Assembly (NCBI GenBank): GCA_964531475.1
Contig: CAZHCS010000001.1
Span: 14,712-78,711 of the forward strand
Direction of reading: 5' to 3'
DNA length: 64,000 nt
Source: an uncultured Candidatus Saccharibacteria bacterium
Lineage (GTDB): Bacteria; Patescibacteriota; Minisyncoccia; Phycocordibacterales; CSBR16-119
Position numbers and translations under genes: made by a program
The notes under the pieces: model-generated
What the model was told of the DNA's origin: nothing
The model's input: only the letters and a program-made list of their open reading frames with translations
Database searches by the model: none
Shown: piece by piece, positions 45,658 to 55,630 of the stretch
Layout: every line of letters starts with the position of its first letter
Position numbering within the stretch: position 1 is the stretch's first letter

Positions 45658-47328
45658 ATGACCCAAGCTGAAGCTCTCCAAATCCTCAAAACCGGCGCCA
45701 ACGTTTTCCTGACCGGTGCGCCGGGTGCGGGCAAGACGTATGTGCTCAATCAGTACATCAAGTACTTGAAAGAACATGACATTCCCGTTGCGGTTACGGC
45801 TTCGACCGGTATCGCCGCAACGCACATTGGCGGCGTGACAATACATTCGTGGTCGGGTATTGGCGCGCGCGACAGTATTTCCGATATAGAGGCCGACGCT
45901 CTCGAAGGCAAGCATTACCTCTGGAAGCGTTACGAAAAAACTAAAGTCCTCGTCATCGACGAGATATCCATGCTCTCGGCCGGGCTTCTGGATGCCGTCA
46001 ATAAAGTTTGTCGTGGGTTCAAAAGAAATACGGCACCTTTTGGAGGAATGCAGGTGGTTTTTGTTGGCGACTTTTTTCAGCTTCCGCCGATTACAAAAAA
46101 AGGCGACGAACCAAAATTCGCGTTTGAGTCCGAGGCCTGGAAAGAAACCAATCCGCTCGTGCTCTACATCACCGAACAGCACCGCCAAGAAGACGATACA
46201 CTTTTGTCTGTTCTCGATCGTATTCGTCGTGGCGACATAGAAGACGAATTCGTCGACCTATACGACCGCCTAAACGTCGAGCTGCCCGACACGACGCGCG
46301 CCACGCGGCTCTTTACGCACAATGTCGACGTCGACGGGCTCAATGCCGAAGAGCTAGACAAACTAGACGACGAAGAGCGTTACTACGAAATGGAAACGGA
46401 GGGCAAAGAAAATCATGTCGAGCGACTCATCGCTTCATGTCTTTCGCCCGAACAACTGTGTCTCAAGCGCGGAGCCGTTGTCATGTGCACGAAGAATAAT
46501 TTTGACAAAGGTTTCGTCAACGGTACGCTCGGCGAAGTGACCGATTTTGAAGACGATACAGATTTTCCTATCATCACTACCAACGACGGTCGGCAGATTG
46601 TAATCGAGCCCGACGAGTGGGCGATCCAAGACGGCGATAAACGGCTGGCGGTTATTCGCCAAGTGCCGCTTCGTCTTGCCTGGGCTATTACCGTACACAA
46701 GAGTCAGGGCATGAGCCTCGATGCTGCGCAGATTGACCTCGGGCGCGCGTTCGAATTCGGCCAGGGTTATGTCGCGCTATCGCGAGTGCGGACGCTCGCG
46801 GGCCTCTCGCTCCTTGGGTTCAACGCAAATGCATTGATGGTTCATCCGAAAGTCATGCAGGAAGACGCTCGCTTGCGCAAAAAATCCGAAGACATCGCGG
46901 CGTATCTGGGCACAAAGAGTGAAGAAGACATGAAAAAATCCCACGAAGAATTCATAACTCGTGTTGGCGGCTCGATCGACGTTATCGACCTGGCCGCGCG
47001 GGAAGCCGAAGATGAACGCATTTCAACTTTTGAAAAAACAAAGCGCATATTACTCGAAGGCAAATCTATTGCCGAGATCGCAACAGAGCGCGGCCTGACC
47101 GACCAAACGGTTATCGACCACTTGGAAACGCTCGTCGACAAAGGTCTCATTTCCGTCGACAAGCTTGATCACATCCGTCCCAAGACGCGCGCTTTTGCCG
47201 ACCTGGTAGCGACATTTCAATCCGTTTACGACGCAACAGGGGAGACGAACCTCGCGCCGGTCAAACGCAAGGCTCCAAAAGCCTCGTACCGCGACATTCA
47301 ATTGGCCCGCATTTTCCTGAATAAATAA
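45658..47328 (+). CDS. Pif1/RecD-like SF1B helicase with C-terminal HTH
   Basis: GAPGAGKT, DEISM, GDFFQLPP, AWAITVHKSQG, YVALSR. Confidence 0.92.
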   Translation: MTQAEALQILKTGANVFLTGAPGAGKTYVLNQYIKYLKEHDIPVAVTASTGIAATHIGGVTIHSWSGIGARDSISDIEADALEGKHYLWKRYEKTKVLVIDEISMLSAGLLDAVNKVCRGFKRNTAPFGGMQVVFVGDFFQLPPITKKGDEPKFAFESEAWKETNPLVLYITEQHRQEDDTLLSVLDRIRRGDIEDEFVDLYDRLNVELPDTTRATRLFTHNVDVDGLNAEELDKLDDEERYYEMETEGKENHVERLIASCLSPEQLCLKRGAVVMCTKNNFDKGFVNGTLGEVTDFEDDTDFPIITTNDGRQIVIEPDEWAIQDGDKRLAVIRQVPLRLAWAITVHKSQGMSLDAAQIDLGRAFEFGQGYVALSRVRTLAGLSLLGFNANALMVHPKVMQEDARLRKKSEDIAAYLGTKSEEDMKKSHEEFITRVGGSIDVIDLAAREAEDERISTFEKTKRILLEGKSIAEIATERGLTDQTVIDHLETLVDKGLISVDKLDHIRPKTRAFADLVATFQSVYDATGETNLAPVKRKAPKASYRDIQLARIFLNK

Positions 47329-47345
47329 GGGTTTTCCACAGGCCA

Positions 47346-47375
47346 TTGACATTTGGTTATTCTTTGTTGTATAAT
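47346..47375 (+). promoter_or_regulatory. consensus sigma70 promoter
   Basis: TTGACA-18nt-TATAAT. Confidence 0.75.
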
Positions 47376-47409
47376 CTGGACAAAACCTGCACCCCAAAAA
47401 CGCTACACC

Positions 47410-48201
47410 ATGAAAAATGCGACAATTGCCCTGTTGCTACTGGCGCTGTGCGCGCCAGTGAACACTTCGGCTCAGATCGTGTTCGGTCTGTCGTCTGCGC
47501 AAAATGCCGATTGTACGAACAAGGGTTCGATCAATCTTTCCGTCGTCCCTCAGGTCGGCGGATCGTACGCGATCAACCTTTTCTCAAGCGGCTTCCTGAC
47601 GCAGATCAATGGCACCGAGTCGATCGTCGACTCGACGCTCGAGATGCTGCCAGGTACTGTTACCGGCAATGCCACGTTCTATGACAGCCTTGGCATGTGG
47701 GCCGCGAGCTACCAAGTGATCCCGCTCATCGTCTCGCAAACGTGTGTTGTAACTGTCGCCTGCGAAGGCAACGCGACCGTTATCCATCCGTCGAACGGAG
47801 AGGTGACGTTCCATGTCAACGGTGAAGTTTTCGAGGGCGAAGAAGATCTCGAGCTCACAGTTGATACAGCGAACGTCCAAGTCTACACCGGTTATGGGGT
47901 CCAAGTGTTCTCACAAACAGTGTACGACACCTGCGGCACCACGACCGGCACGCCCGAGCGGCCCGAACGCCCTGCGCCGACAGTCTTTCCGAATCCAGCG
48001 ACAGACGGCTCCGTGACCATCCTGGCCGAAGGCTACGATGAGTACGCGATCTACGACGTGCTCGGCGAGCTGCGTCAGAGCGCCCGCTTCGAAATGAGTG
48101 GGAAAGCGATCATCGATCTGCGAGGCTTTCCGAGCGGTCGTTACATCGCGCATGTGTCGTCGGCAACGGCGCATCACATTATCCGCTTCGTGGTCTTGTA
48201 G
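47410..48201 (+). CDS. secreted protein with T9SS type-A C-terminal sorting domain
   Basis: Signal peptide ending SA|Q; VFPNPA..IYDVLG..IDLRGFPSGRYI..RFVV. Confidence 0.85.
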   Translation: MKNATIALLLLALCAPVNTSAQIVFGLSSAQNADCTNKGSINLSVVPQVGGSYAINLFSSGFLTQINGTESIVDSTLEMLPGTVTGNATFYDSLGMWAASYQVIPLIVSQTCVVTVACEGNATVIHPSNGEVTFHVNGEVFEGEEDLELTVDTANVQVYTGYGVQVFSQTVYDTCGTTTGTPERPERPAPTVFPNPATDGSVTILAEGYDEYAIYDVLGELRQSARFEMSGKAIIDLRGFPSGRYIAHVSSATAHHIIRFVVL

Positions 48202-48310
48202 CTACCTACATCTTGCAAGCCGTCCTCTTAGAGGGCGGCTTGTTTGCTTGTGATTGACTTTTCACACTCGGGAGCGCAAGATGATCTTGGACCAACTAAA
48301 ACCCTGCTCC

Positions 48311-49393
48311 ATGAAAATTTTTTCCTTCCTCGCGATGCTCGCGACGCCTTTTCTGGCCTTTGGCCAAACAGTGAACTGGATGCCGTACGAACGCCCTGGC
48401 GATTGTGCTGGTAATGGTACCGGGATCATCTACGACTTGTGGGACCCGGATGGCATTATCCTAAACCCTGCTACCGCGTATATCGTGAGCTACTACGGTG
48501 CTGGCGATTCGCTTGGCCTACCGATCGACACCTTTGGGCTTGTCACTGGTGAATTCCATGACTCGATTCCATTGCCATCGATCAATATCTCGACGCACAA
48601 TGTCGACTCTAGCCATCGTGCGACCGTGTACTACCAATACTTCGAGTGGATGATCATGGCTGCTGTGGACTGGCAGCAATCGATATTTGTCGACTCGCTT
48701 ACGATGGAGTGCGACATAGTCGAAGTCTGTCACGGCGACTCTGTACAGACGAATGGCGGCGTCGGTGTGTGGTTCCAGAATATGGCGCCGCTTGGCGTCG
48801 GAACGTCAGTCGATATTTCTGACACCGGCACTGTAGTGCTTGTTCCCGAACTTCTCTACACGGGCCGATATGACAACTGGACACCCATCATGCAATTTGT
48901 CGATCCGACTTGGGCTTCGGCAGCTGTCATGCACACCTGTGACAACCAGCATACCGGAGCTATTATGGTGTTGCCTGATGGAACCTCTCCATACGTTTAT
49001 AGTCTAAACGGCGTAAACAGCAATTTCCCCGTGTTTCCTGGATTGGATGCCGGTACCTATGTTGTAAGCGTTAGCGACTCAGACGGATGCAATATCGAAT
49101 TCGAAGAGATCGTGCTCGATACGTGTGATGTAATTACGAGCATCTCGGAAAATGTCGTTACCGAAAATCCGAAGCTCTACCCGAACCCAGCGAGCGATAT
49201 CGTTTACGTTATCGTCGAAAGCTTTAGTTCTTACGAGCTACACGATTACGCGGGACGAATCGTTGCATCTGGCACACTCGCGGAAGGGAAGAATGTTCTC
49301 GAGGTATCGACTCTTGCAGCTGGCGCGTACCGCGTGCTGCTTCGGTCGAGCGATGGGCGCACATCTCCTGCTACGTTTGTGGTCGCGAGGTGA
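48311..49393 (+). CDS. secreted protein with SprB-like repeat and T9SS type-A sorting domain
   Basis: AFG|Q signal; GTSPYVYSLNG..GLDAGTYVVSVSDSDGC; LYPNPASD..VSTLAAGAYRV. Confidence 0.87.
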   Translation: MKIFSFLAMLATPFLAFGQTVNWMPYERPGDCAGNGTGIIYDLWDPDGIILNPATAYIVSYYGAGDSLGLPIDTFGLVTGEFHDSIPLPSINISTHNVDSSHRATVYYQYFEWMIMAAVDWQQSIFVDSLTMECDIVEVCHGDSVQTNGGVGVWFQNMAPLGVGTSVDISDTGTVVLVPELLYTGRYDNWTPIMQFVDPTWASAAVMHTCDNQHTGAIMVLPDGTSPYVYSLNGVNSNFPVFPGLDAGTYVVSVSDSDGCNIEFEEIVLDTCDVITSISENVVTENPKLYPNPASDIVYVIVESFSSYELHDYAGRIVASGTLAEGKNVLEVSTLAAGAYRVLLRSSDGRTSPATFVVAR

Positions 49394-49519
49394 GGTGAAC
49401 TTTCAAAGAGAGGCGGCGCGGGCAAAGCCCGCGCCGCTTTTTCTATCCCAAGCATCAGACATTGACAAGAAACAATAAAGATGATAAAGTACCATACAAA
49501 CCTACGTAAAAAACGTACC

Positions 49520-49918
49520 ATGAAAAAAGCAGGCCTTGTGGCACTTCTCATTGTTCTCTGCAGCTTCGGCTCGCAGTCCGACGCATCAGACCTCATCCAA
49601 AAGCGAATCACAGCTGGCGAGCGCTTTCTGTCGTTATTCGACTCGATACCGCGTTTGCGAGACAATTCCACAGAGGGTATCTATGCCATGCATTACGCTC
49701 GTGTAGTTAGTTATGCCATTGATAGCTTTGACGAAGCCATTCCTCAAGCGCGTCTCTGTGAAGAAATGAGTCGGGTGGAATGCCTGTCGCCCGAGCAGAG
49801 CAAGATGCTGAAAGAGCAGACCAGTATCGTGTTGGGCGAGATGCAGAATGATCTCAACACGATGATGGCGTACACCGATTCACTCTCCCTGCTTGTCAGG
49901 ACTGCGAAGAAGAAGTAG
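49520..49918 (+). CDS. secreted helical hypothetical protein
   Basis: Signal peptide MKKAGLVALLIVLCSFG; TTGACA-17nt-TAAAGT upstream; terminator at 49938-49962. Confidence 0.68.
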   Translation: MKKAGLVALLIVLCSFGSQSDASDLIQKRITAGERFLSLFDSIPRLRDNSTEGIYAMHYARVVSYAIDSFDEAIPQARLCEEMSRVECLSPEQSKMLKEQTSIVLGEMQNDLNTMMAYTDSLSLLVRTAKKK

Positions 49919-49963
49919 CTTGAGCGTACGAATAGCAAAGAGCGTCCTCCGGGACGCTCTTTT

Positions 49964-50482
49964 CTATTGCAGGCCGAAACTTTCGATTAGAGATTTCTCA
50001 GTAACGGGATCGATATGCTGCGTGACGACGATCATGATTTCGTCGTGGAGACCGAGATCGTTTTTAATATTAAGGAAGAGATGTTCGAAAGGGTATGGCG
50101 AGACCCAGACAGAATTTTTCATACAGAGAAATCCTGCTTTCTTGAGGATATAGCGGATTGAGTCGCGCTCGCTCTTGCGGCTCTCCGGCAGGTCGAGTAT
50201 AACCATGCGCCAAAAGCCATCCCAGCGCGTGTCGACGAGAGATTTCGGGTTCGAGAGCTTTATGGAGCGTAGTTTTTGGCGACCCTCGGGGGTGAGGCGG
50301 AGGAATGACGACTGCGCTGTTTCTAGTTCCTCGACCAAGCCGGCCTCGGAAAGGTTCTTGAGGCTCCTGGTCATAGCATAACGGTCTTTGGCCTCGGGAG
50401 GGGTCAAATTTTCGCGATTTACAGCCTTTTTGCCGGCCAATTTTTCCAATATTTCTTCTTGGATCTTGGACTTTCTTGACAT
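49964..50482 (-). CDS. PaaX-like wHTH plus Cas2-fold protein
   Basis: LRLTPEG, WDGFWRMVILDLPE..R..LKKAGF..NSVWVSPY. Confidence 0.85.
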   Translation of the reverse strand: MSRKSKIQEEILEKLAGKKAVNRENLTPPEAKDRYAMTRSLKNLSEAGLVEELETAQSSFLRLTPEGRQKLRSIKLSNPKSLVDTRWDGFWRMVILDLPESRKSERDSIRYILKKAGFLCMKNSVWVSPYPFEHLFLNIKNDLGLHDEIMIVVTQHIDPVTEKSLIESFGLQ

Positions 50483-50574
50483 GCATAAAAACTAACATAT
50501 AATACGGCCATTAGCAAGTTTTCCACGGACGTGAAAAACTTGTCAAAATTATAAACATAGTCTATACTTTAGCC

Positions 50575-51147
50575 ATGTTAGACAAAAATGATGATAATTT
50601 TGAACCCGAAATAGAGTTTACCCCGTCAAACGGGGCAGGCGAAGACGATGTCGAGGAGTATGTTGGGGATAAGCTGAAAAAGCTCCGGCAAGACCTGAAG
50701 GACGCCAAAGCCGAATCGACTAAAAATTTGGACGGCTGGCAGCGAGCTCTCGCCGACTATGCGAACCTCCAAAAGACCTCGAACGAGCAGCTCAAAGAGC
50801 TCAAGAATTATGTTCTCGAAGGTTTTGTCGAAGAACTTCTCCCGACACTCGATGCGTTCGACATGGCCATGAAGAACAAAGAGACCTGGGAGTCTGTTTC
50901 AGAAAATTGGCGCAAGGGAATCGAATACATCTACAGCCAGCTCAAAGGCGTGCTCGAAAATAACGGAGTTCAAGCGATAGAAAACGCTCACGAGAAGTTC
51001 AACCCGGACTTGCATCACGCGATCGAAGAAATAGAAACAGACGACGCATCAAAAGATCACACTATCTCAGAAATCGTTCAGAAAGGGTACAAGAGTCCAA
51101 AAGGAGTCATCCGTCCAGCGAAAGTAAAAATATTTATCAAAAAATAA
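50575..51147 (+). CDS. grpE: nucleotide exchange factor
   Basis: [34 protein letters not shown]. Confidence 0.95.
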   Translation: MLDKNDDNFEPEIEFTPSNGAGEDDVEEYVGDKLKKLRQDLKDAKAESTKNLDGWQRALADYANLQKTSNEQLKELKNYVLEGFVEELLPTLDAFDMAMKNKETWESVSENWRKGIEYIYSQLKGVLENNGVQAIENAHEKFNPDLHHAIEEIETDDASKDHTISEIVQKGYKSPKGVIRPAKVKIFIKK

Positions 51148-51169
51148 TTATCAATCTAACAAAAACTAT

Positions 51170-53053
51170 ATGTCAAAAATCATTGGAATCGATTTGGGAA
51201 CAACAAACTCGGCAGTCGCCATCATTGAGGGTGGTCAGCCGAAGATCATAGAAAACGCCGAAGGCATGCGCACCACGCCGTCTATTGTCGCACTCGCGAA
51301 AAATGGCGATACGATGGTCGGTGTTACGGCCAAGCGCCAGTCCATCACGAACCCGAAGAACACGATCTACCAGATCAAGCGCTTCATTGGCCACAACTTC
51401 GACGAACCAGAAGTACAGAAAGACATCAAAGCTATTCCGTTCGAGACTCGCAAGGGTTCGACAGGCGGTATCGAGGTTAAATTCGGCGACGACTGGAAGC
51501 GTCCAGAGGAAATCTCGGCGATGATCCTCCAGAAGATCAAGTCTGATGTCGAAGCAAAACTCGGCACGAAAATCACCGAAGCGGTTATCACCGTTCCGGC
51601 ATACTTCAACGACGCGCAGCGCCAGGCGACCAAAGACGCCGGCAAGATCGCTGGACTTGACGTCAAGCGCATCATCAACGAGCCGACAGCGGCAGCTCTC
51701 GCATACGGCTTCAACAAGAAAAAGGATGAAAAGATTGTCGTCTTCGACTTCGGCGGCGGTACATACGACGTCTCTATTCTCGAAGTTTCCGAAGATACTA
51801 TCGAAGTAAAGTCTACCGACGGCGACGCACACCTTGGAGGCAAGGATATCGACCAGAAGATCATGGATTGGCTCGCCGAAGGCTTCCAGAAGGAAAACGG
51901 TATCGATTTGCGCAAGGATCCTTTGGCCAAGCAGCGTCTCGATGACGCGGCTGAGAAGGCGAAAATCGAGCTTTCTACGGCTGTTCAGTCAGAGATCAAT
52001 ATCCCGTTCATTACTTCGGGCGAAGCCGGGCCTCTTCACCTTGTTCGCACGATGAAGCGTGCCGAACTCGAAGAGCTTTGCCGCGAGTTCATCGACCGCG
52101 CTATGGAGATCACCAAGCGCGCTATGGAAGCTTCACCATTCAAAATTTCTGAAATCAACGAAGTTATTCTTGTCGGTGGACAGACTCGCATGCCAGCCAT
52201 CCAGGAAGCTGTCGAGAAATTCTTCGGGAAGCGTGTAAATCTTTCGGTCAACCCAGACGAAGTCGTAGCACTCGGCGCCGCTATCCAGGGAGGCGTTCTC
52301 CAGGGCGACGTCAAAGACGTTTTGCTTCTCGACGTTATCCCGCTATCGCTCGGTATAGAAACTCTCGGCGGTGTCGCGACAAAACTTATCGAAAAGAACA
52401 CGACTATCCCTGCCTCTAAGTCACAGGTCTTCTCGACCGCGGCTGACAATCAGACTTCGACCGAAATCCATATCGTTCAGGGTGAACGACCGATGGCAAC
52501 TGACAACAAGTCACTTGGCCGATTCGTTCTCGAAGGTATCCCGCCAGCACCACGCGGCGTGCCGCAGATTGAAGTTACGTTCGACATCGATGCGAATGGA
52601 ATTCTAAATGTGAAGGCGAAGGACAAAACTTCTGGCAAAGAACAGTCTATTCGTATCGAAGCGTCTTCAGGACTCACAGACGAAGAGATCAAAAAGATGC
52701 AGAAAGACGCGGAGCTTAACGCCGAAGCGGACAAGAAAAAGAAAGAGCTTGTCGATATCAAGAACAATGCTGAGATGACAATCTTTACCGCCGAAAAGGC
52801 GATGAAAGACGCCGAAGGCAAGATTGGCGATGATGTAAAGAAGTCTGTCGAAGAAAAAGTCGCGAAGCTTAAAGAAGTGAAAGAATTGCCAGATCACCAC
52901 ACTGATGACGGCGGACGCTTGAAGTCTGCGACAGAAGAGCTTATGACTGAGATGCAGAAGATTGGTGAGGCGATGAGTAAAGCGCAACAGTCAGAACCAA
53001 AGAAGGAAGACGGAACGCAGGAAGCGGAGGTTGTTGACGATAAGAAAGAGTAG
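51170..53053 (+). CDS. dnaK: chaperone Hsp70
   Basis: [32 protein letters not shown]. Confidence 0.98.
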   Translation: MSKIIGIDLGTTNSAVAIIEGGQPKIIENAEGMRTTPSIVALAKNGDTMVGVTAKRQSITNPKNTIYQIKRFIGHNFDEPEVQKDIKAIPFETRKGSTGGIEVKFGDDWKRPEEISAMILQKIKSDVEAKLGTKITEAVITVPAYFNDAQRQATKDAGKIAGLDVKRIINEPTAAALAYGFNKKKDEKIVVFDFGGGTYDVSILEVSEDTIEVKSTDGDAHLGGKDIDQKIMDWLAEGFQKENGIDLRKDPLAKQRLDDAAEKAKIELSTAVQSEINIPFITSGEAGPLHLVRTMKRAELEELCREFIDRAMEITKRAMEASPFKISEINEVILVGGQTRMPAIQEAVEKFFGKRVNLSVNPDEVVALGAAIQGGVLQGDVKDVLLLDVIPLSLGIETLGGVATKLIEKNTTIPASKSQVFSTAADNQTSTEIHIVQGERPMATDNKSLGRFVLEGIPPAPRGVPQIEVTFDIDANGILNVKAKDKTSGKEQSIRIEASSGLTDEEIKKMQKDAELNAEADKKKKELVDIKNNAEMTIFTAEKAMKDAEGKIGDDVKKSVEEKVAKLKEVKELPDHHTDDGGRLKSATEELMTEMQKIGEAMSKAQQSEPKKEDGTQEAEVVDDKKE

Positions 53054-53104
53054 AAACGAAACCACCCCGGCAATTGCCGGGGCTGGGTCGTTGAATGGTG
53101 CTCG

Positions 53105-53374
53105 TCAGGCTTGCGGACCGACTAGCTTCCTGTCTATGAAGCTGATGAATTGATCTGCCTTTCTTTCCACCCAATGTCTTGCCATTGTTAGGATGAAGAC
53201 AAGGTTAAAGAAGGGCCAAGCGAATACTCCGATGGAGATCCTCAAGGATCGATCACCGAAGATCAGAACAGACATCAGAAGTCCGATGTCGAGCAACAGG
53301 ACAATGGCCAAGCCAATCGCGTTGTGGCGTTCTTCCTTAGGAAGTTGACGGAATTTCTGGAAGAGCTTTTTCAT
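53105..53374 (-). CDS. small two-TM hypothetical protein between dnaK and dnaJ
   Basis: 89-aa ORF; TTGACA-17nt-TAAAAA on the - strand, overlapping the dnaJ start codon. Confidence 0.65.
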   Translation of the reverse strand: MKKLFQKFRQLPKEERHNAIGLAIVLLLDIGLLMSVLIFGDRSLRISIGVFAWPFFNLVFILTMARHWVERKADQFISFIDRKLVGPQA

Positions 53375-53419
53375 GGGTTAGTATGTTGTTCGAGAAATTT
53401 TTATCATATAATACAAATA

Positions 53420-54304
53420 ATGTCAAAAGACTATTACAAAATTCTCGAGGTTGATAAGGGCGCTTCAAAAGAAGAGCTGAAGAAAGCTTTTCGCAAAAAG
53501 GCGCACGAGTATCATCCGGACAAGCAAACTGGTAACGAAGCCAAGTTCAAAGAAGTAAACGAGGCTTACCAGGTTCTCTCTGATGACCAGAAGCGTGCAC
53601 AGTATGACCGTTTCGGAAGCGCAGGGCCGCAGTTCGGTGGACAGGGGGGCCAAGGCTTCGGCGGCTTTGACTTTGGCGGATTCAACATCAACTTCGACGG
53701 CTTCGGCAATGGTCAAGAATTCGACCTAAACGACATCTTCTCCGCATTCGGCGGCGGAGGGTTCGGCGGGCGACGCGTTCGAAAAGGGCGAGACATTATC
53801 CTCGGGCTTACGCTGTCATTCAAAGAATCCGTTCAGGGCGTCTCCAAGACCATCAAGATCCCATCAAACAGCGTTGAGAAGGCCAAGGGCGACGTTACAG
53901 TCAAAATCCCAGCTGGTATCGAAACAGGCCAAATGATGAAAGTCGCCGGCTTCGGTGAGCCTATGGAGGGCGGTCAATCGGGTGACCTTTTGCTCAAGAT
54001 TTATGTCGAGTCTCACAAGAGTCTGCGTAAAGAGGGAATACATATCGTTACGGATCTGTCCGTAAAACTCACCGACGCGATCCTCGGCGCAACGTATGAT
54101 GTGGAGGGCGTTGAAGGCCCGATCAAAATAAAAATCCCGAAAGGCATCCAAACCGGCAAAATCCTCCGCATCCGCGGCGCCGGCGTCCAAGCGGGCCGCT
54201 TCCAACACGGCGACCTTCTCGTCGTCATCACTGTCGAAATCCCAGAATCACTTTCTCGCGAACAAAAACGTATCATCGAAGATCTTCAAAAATCTGGATT
54301 ATAA
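53420..54304 (+). CDS. dnaJ: DnaJ chaperone without zinc-finger region
   Basis: DYYKIL, HPD, G/F region, C-terminal domains; no CXXCXGXG. Confidence 0.92.
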   Translation: MSKDYYKILEVDKGASKEELKKAFRKKAHEYHPDKQTGNEAKFKEVNEAYQVLSDDQKRAQYDRFGSAGPQFGGQGGQGFGGFDFGGFNINFDGFGNGQEFDLNDIFSAFGGGGFGGRRVRKGRDIILGLTLSFKESVQGVSKTIKIPSNSVEKAKGDVTVKIPAGIETGQMMKVAGFGEPMEGGQSGDLLLKIYVESHKSLRKEGIHIVTDLSVKLTDAILGATYDVEGVEGPIKIKIPKGIQTGKILRIRGAGVQAGRFQHGDLLVVITVEIPESLSREQKRIIEDLQKSGL

Positions 54305-54349
54305 TCAAGATTATGTTTTTATTGACCCTCTCTTCTCATTATTTCTTGT

Positions 54350-54387
54350 GGTGATTATATCTAACCATATGTTAGAATATAATCACC
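54350..54387. promoter_or_regulatory. 38-bp imperfect palindrome abutting the start codon (candidate operator)
   Basis: GGTGATTATAT-CTAAC-CATAT-GTTAG-A-ATATAATCACC. Confidence 0.55.
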
Positions 54388-54963
54388 ATGAAGATTGAAA
54401 AGGGGAGGGAAAATTTAGACTACAAGGAAATAATTCTGAAGTCTGTTTTGGTCGTGGGAATTATCGGAGTTGCTATGGTTGCGCCGAATGCGTTGCAGGT
54501 GGTTAAGTTTTTCGAAAAGGATAAGGGTTACAAGGAGCGTAAGTATGCCCTCAACAAAAAGATTTTTGTTTTAGAGAGAAACGGATTTATAAAATTTGTT
54601 TCGAGAGGCGACAAGAAGTTCGTGACACTTACGTCAAAAGGGAGGAAAGAGATCGAGAAGTATCTTTTAAATGATCTAGAGATTAAAAGACCGAAACGGT
54701 GGGACAAGAAATGGCGGATTGTTAGTTTCGATATCAAGAATACGCGAACGCCACTTAGAAATTTATTTCGGCACCATCTAAAACGGCTTGGATTTGTCCA
54801 ATATCAGAAGAGTATCTGGATCCATCCTTTTGAATGCGAAGAGGTGATTATTATGATGAAGTCGTATTTCAAATTTGGCAAAGAGGTGATGTATATTGTT
54901 GCTGAGCATCTAGAGAATGACAAAAAATTAAAACAAGAATTCAACCTTATTTCATACACGTAG
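54388..54963 (+). CDS. PaaX-like wHTH plus Cas2-fold protein
   Basis: LTSKG, WDKKWRIVSFDI..R..LKRLGF..QKSIWIHPF. Confidence 0.85.
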   Translation: MKIEKGRENLDYKEIILKSVLVVGIIGVAMVAPNALQVVKFFEKDKGYKERKYALNKKIFVLERNGFIKFVSRGDKKFVTLTSKGRKEIEKYLLNDLEIKRPKRWDKKWRIVSFDIKNTRTPLRNLFRHHLKRLGFVQYQKSIWIHPFECEEVIIMMKSYFKFGKEVMYIVAEHLENDKKLKQEFNLISYT

Positions 54964-55085
54964 ATTTCTACCATATGTATAATTATTACGTATGAAGAGA
55001 ATGAATAATTGAAGGGTGAATTCTAAATTTATATAAACGAAAAGCCACCCATGGGCGATGGCTTATCGCGTTGGGTGGCTACGGT

Positions 55086-55571
55086 TCAGTTCGATTTTCT
55101 ATACGCCATGATCTGGTCGATCTCGCGGCGAAAGAATTTCTGGAACTCTTCCCAGGTCCATGATCCCGCGGAGCGTATACAGGTCTCACGTGGCGGTGAA
55201 ATGAGTGTGACCCCGGTTGCTAGCACTTCTCGTTTAGTCTGTCTTATGATGCAGACATGGATATCTACAAAGTAGACGGTGTCCTTCTCTTTCACGTTGA
55301 TCCGTCGATACCATGAACCTCCATTCGCCGGGTTCTCGATCATCTCCAGATCAACCTCGTCCTTCTTGGTAGTGTCCGCATAGATGGCGTATTTCCCACT
55401 ATCCAATGCGAAATCGTATCCGAAAAGGGGATTCCTACCAGGACGTTCATGGGCTGTATTAGCGGCCTGGAGCAGTTCGTCGAAGTTGGTTGCGATCCGC
55501 AGAGTGTCTTGGGCGCAACTGAAAACGGGGAGCAGCAGACCCATTATAAGGGTCTTGAAAATCTTGTTCAT
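55086..55571 (-). CDS. secreted or lipoprotein-like hypothetical protein
   Basis: Signal ..LPVFSCA|QDT; TTGACA-17nt-TACTAT upstream. Confidence 0.7.
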   Translation of the reverse strand: MNKIFKTLIMGLLLPVFSCAQDTLRIATNFDELLQAANTAHERPGRNPLFGYDFALDSGKYAIYADTTKKDEVDLEMIENPANGGSWYRRINVKEKDTVYFVDIHVCIIRQTKREVLATGVTLISPPRETCIRSAGSWTWEEFQKFFRREIDQIMAYRKSN

Positions 55572-55630
55572 GTCCTGTTGGGTTTGGAAATATAGTAGCA
55601 GAGGTATCGATGATTGTCAAGACTGAAGGC

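Noticed and set aside
51173-52987. Long antisense ORFs over dnaK (similarly over ftsZ, asd, valS, rseP)
   Set aside because: Shadow frames of strongly biased coding genes; no independent signals.
49964-54963. Cas2-like ORFs as evidence for a CRISPR-Cas system
   Set aside because: Both are wHTH-fused PaaX-like proteins; there is no cas1 or effector gene and no repeat-spacer array in the window.
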